A stretch of 63,601 bases of DNA, filler included, from Octopus bimaculoides (lineage: Eukaryota): the NCBI RefSeq assembly GCF_001194135.2. It is 6 parts of 6 records of this genome, joined end to end, with 100 filler letters (N's around TTAATTAATTAA, not from the genome) between each part and the next. Parts side by side here need not be neighbours in the genome. Positions count along the whole stretch, not along the records: positions 56,973 to 63,601 come from NC_068982.1; 5 more parts are not named here. One strand, given 5' to 3'. Made by a program: the position numbers and the translations under genes. The notes under the pieces are model-generated. The model was not told the DNA's origin. It worked only from the letters and a program-made list of their open reading frames with translations, and made no database searches. Every line of letters begins with the position of its first letter. Within the stretch, counting starts at the first letter, position 1. This document shows, piece by piece, positions 63,350 to 63,601 of this stretch.

Positions 63350-63601
63350 TCTTTTCTGTGAGTGCAATGCAGTGGTGTAGCTAGGGGTGTGCGGGTAGCA
63401 AACTTAAGCACTGTTCCGGTCAGCACAACAGCTATGTCCCTGTTACCATACAATAAAGTGTACCCTTGAAGAACCGTTGTGGACCTGCTCTCAAATGCAC
63501 TATTAACATCCATTGCCGAAGATGCAACCAGCCACAGTCCAAGCGCGCGTAGTGAATGAATGCTATAAACTGCATATTGTGTTTCGTATATATATATATA
63601 T

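Overview
AT-rich (about 35% GC by eye), microsatellite-dense animal genomic DNA from a draft assembly with many N gaps. Five gaps are artificial 44N-TTAATTAATTAA-44N joins. The repeat families, intron structure and repeat density suggest a coleoid cephalopod, most likely Octopus (inference). Two host coding loci are supported. (1) A terminal + strand exon at 9670-10386 encodes seven C2H2 zinc fingers, four of which share the recognition helix QRTNLK despite divergent codons. (2) A + strand array of ten homologous exons at 41963-55303, each exactly 111 bp and phase 1-1, each encodes one Notch/fibropellin-type EGF domain; the start and end of this gene are not identifiable here. The remainder is a dense collection of mobile-element relics: Penelope-like RT/GIY-YIG, a CRE-clade RLE LINE, CR1/L2-like and RTE LINEs (one with three C-terminal C2H2 fingers, one with a ~75 bp flanking duplication), three Tc1/mariner lineages, several MITEs, a mini-Helitron and at least four SINE families. 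Several of these form long inverted repeats inside the EGF gene introns. All translations and alignments were done by eye; family assignments rest on recalled motif similarity, not database searches.
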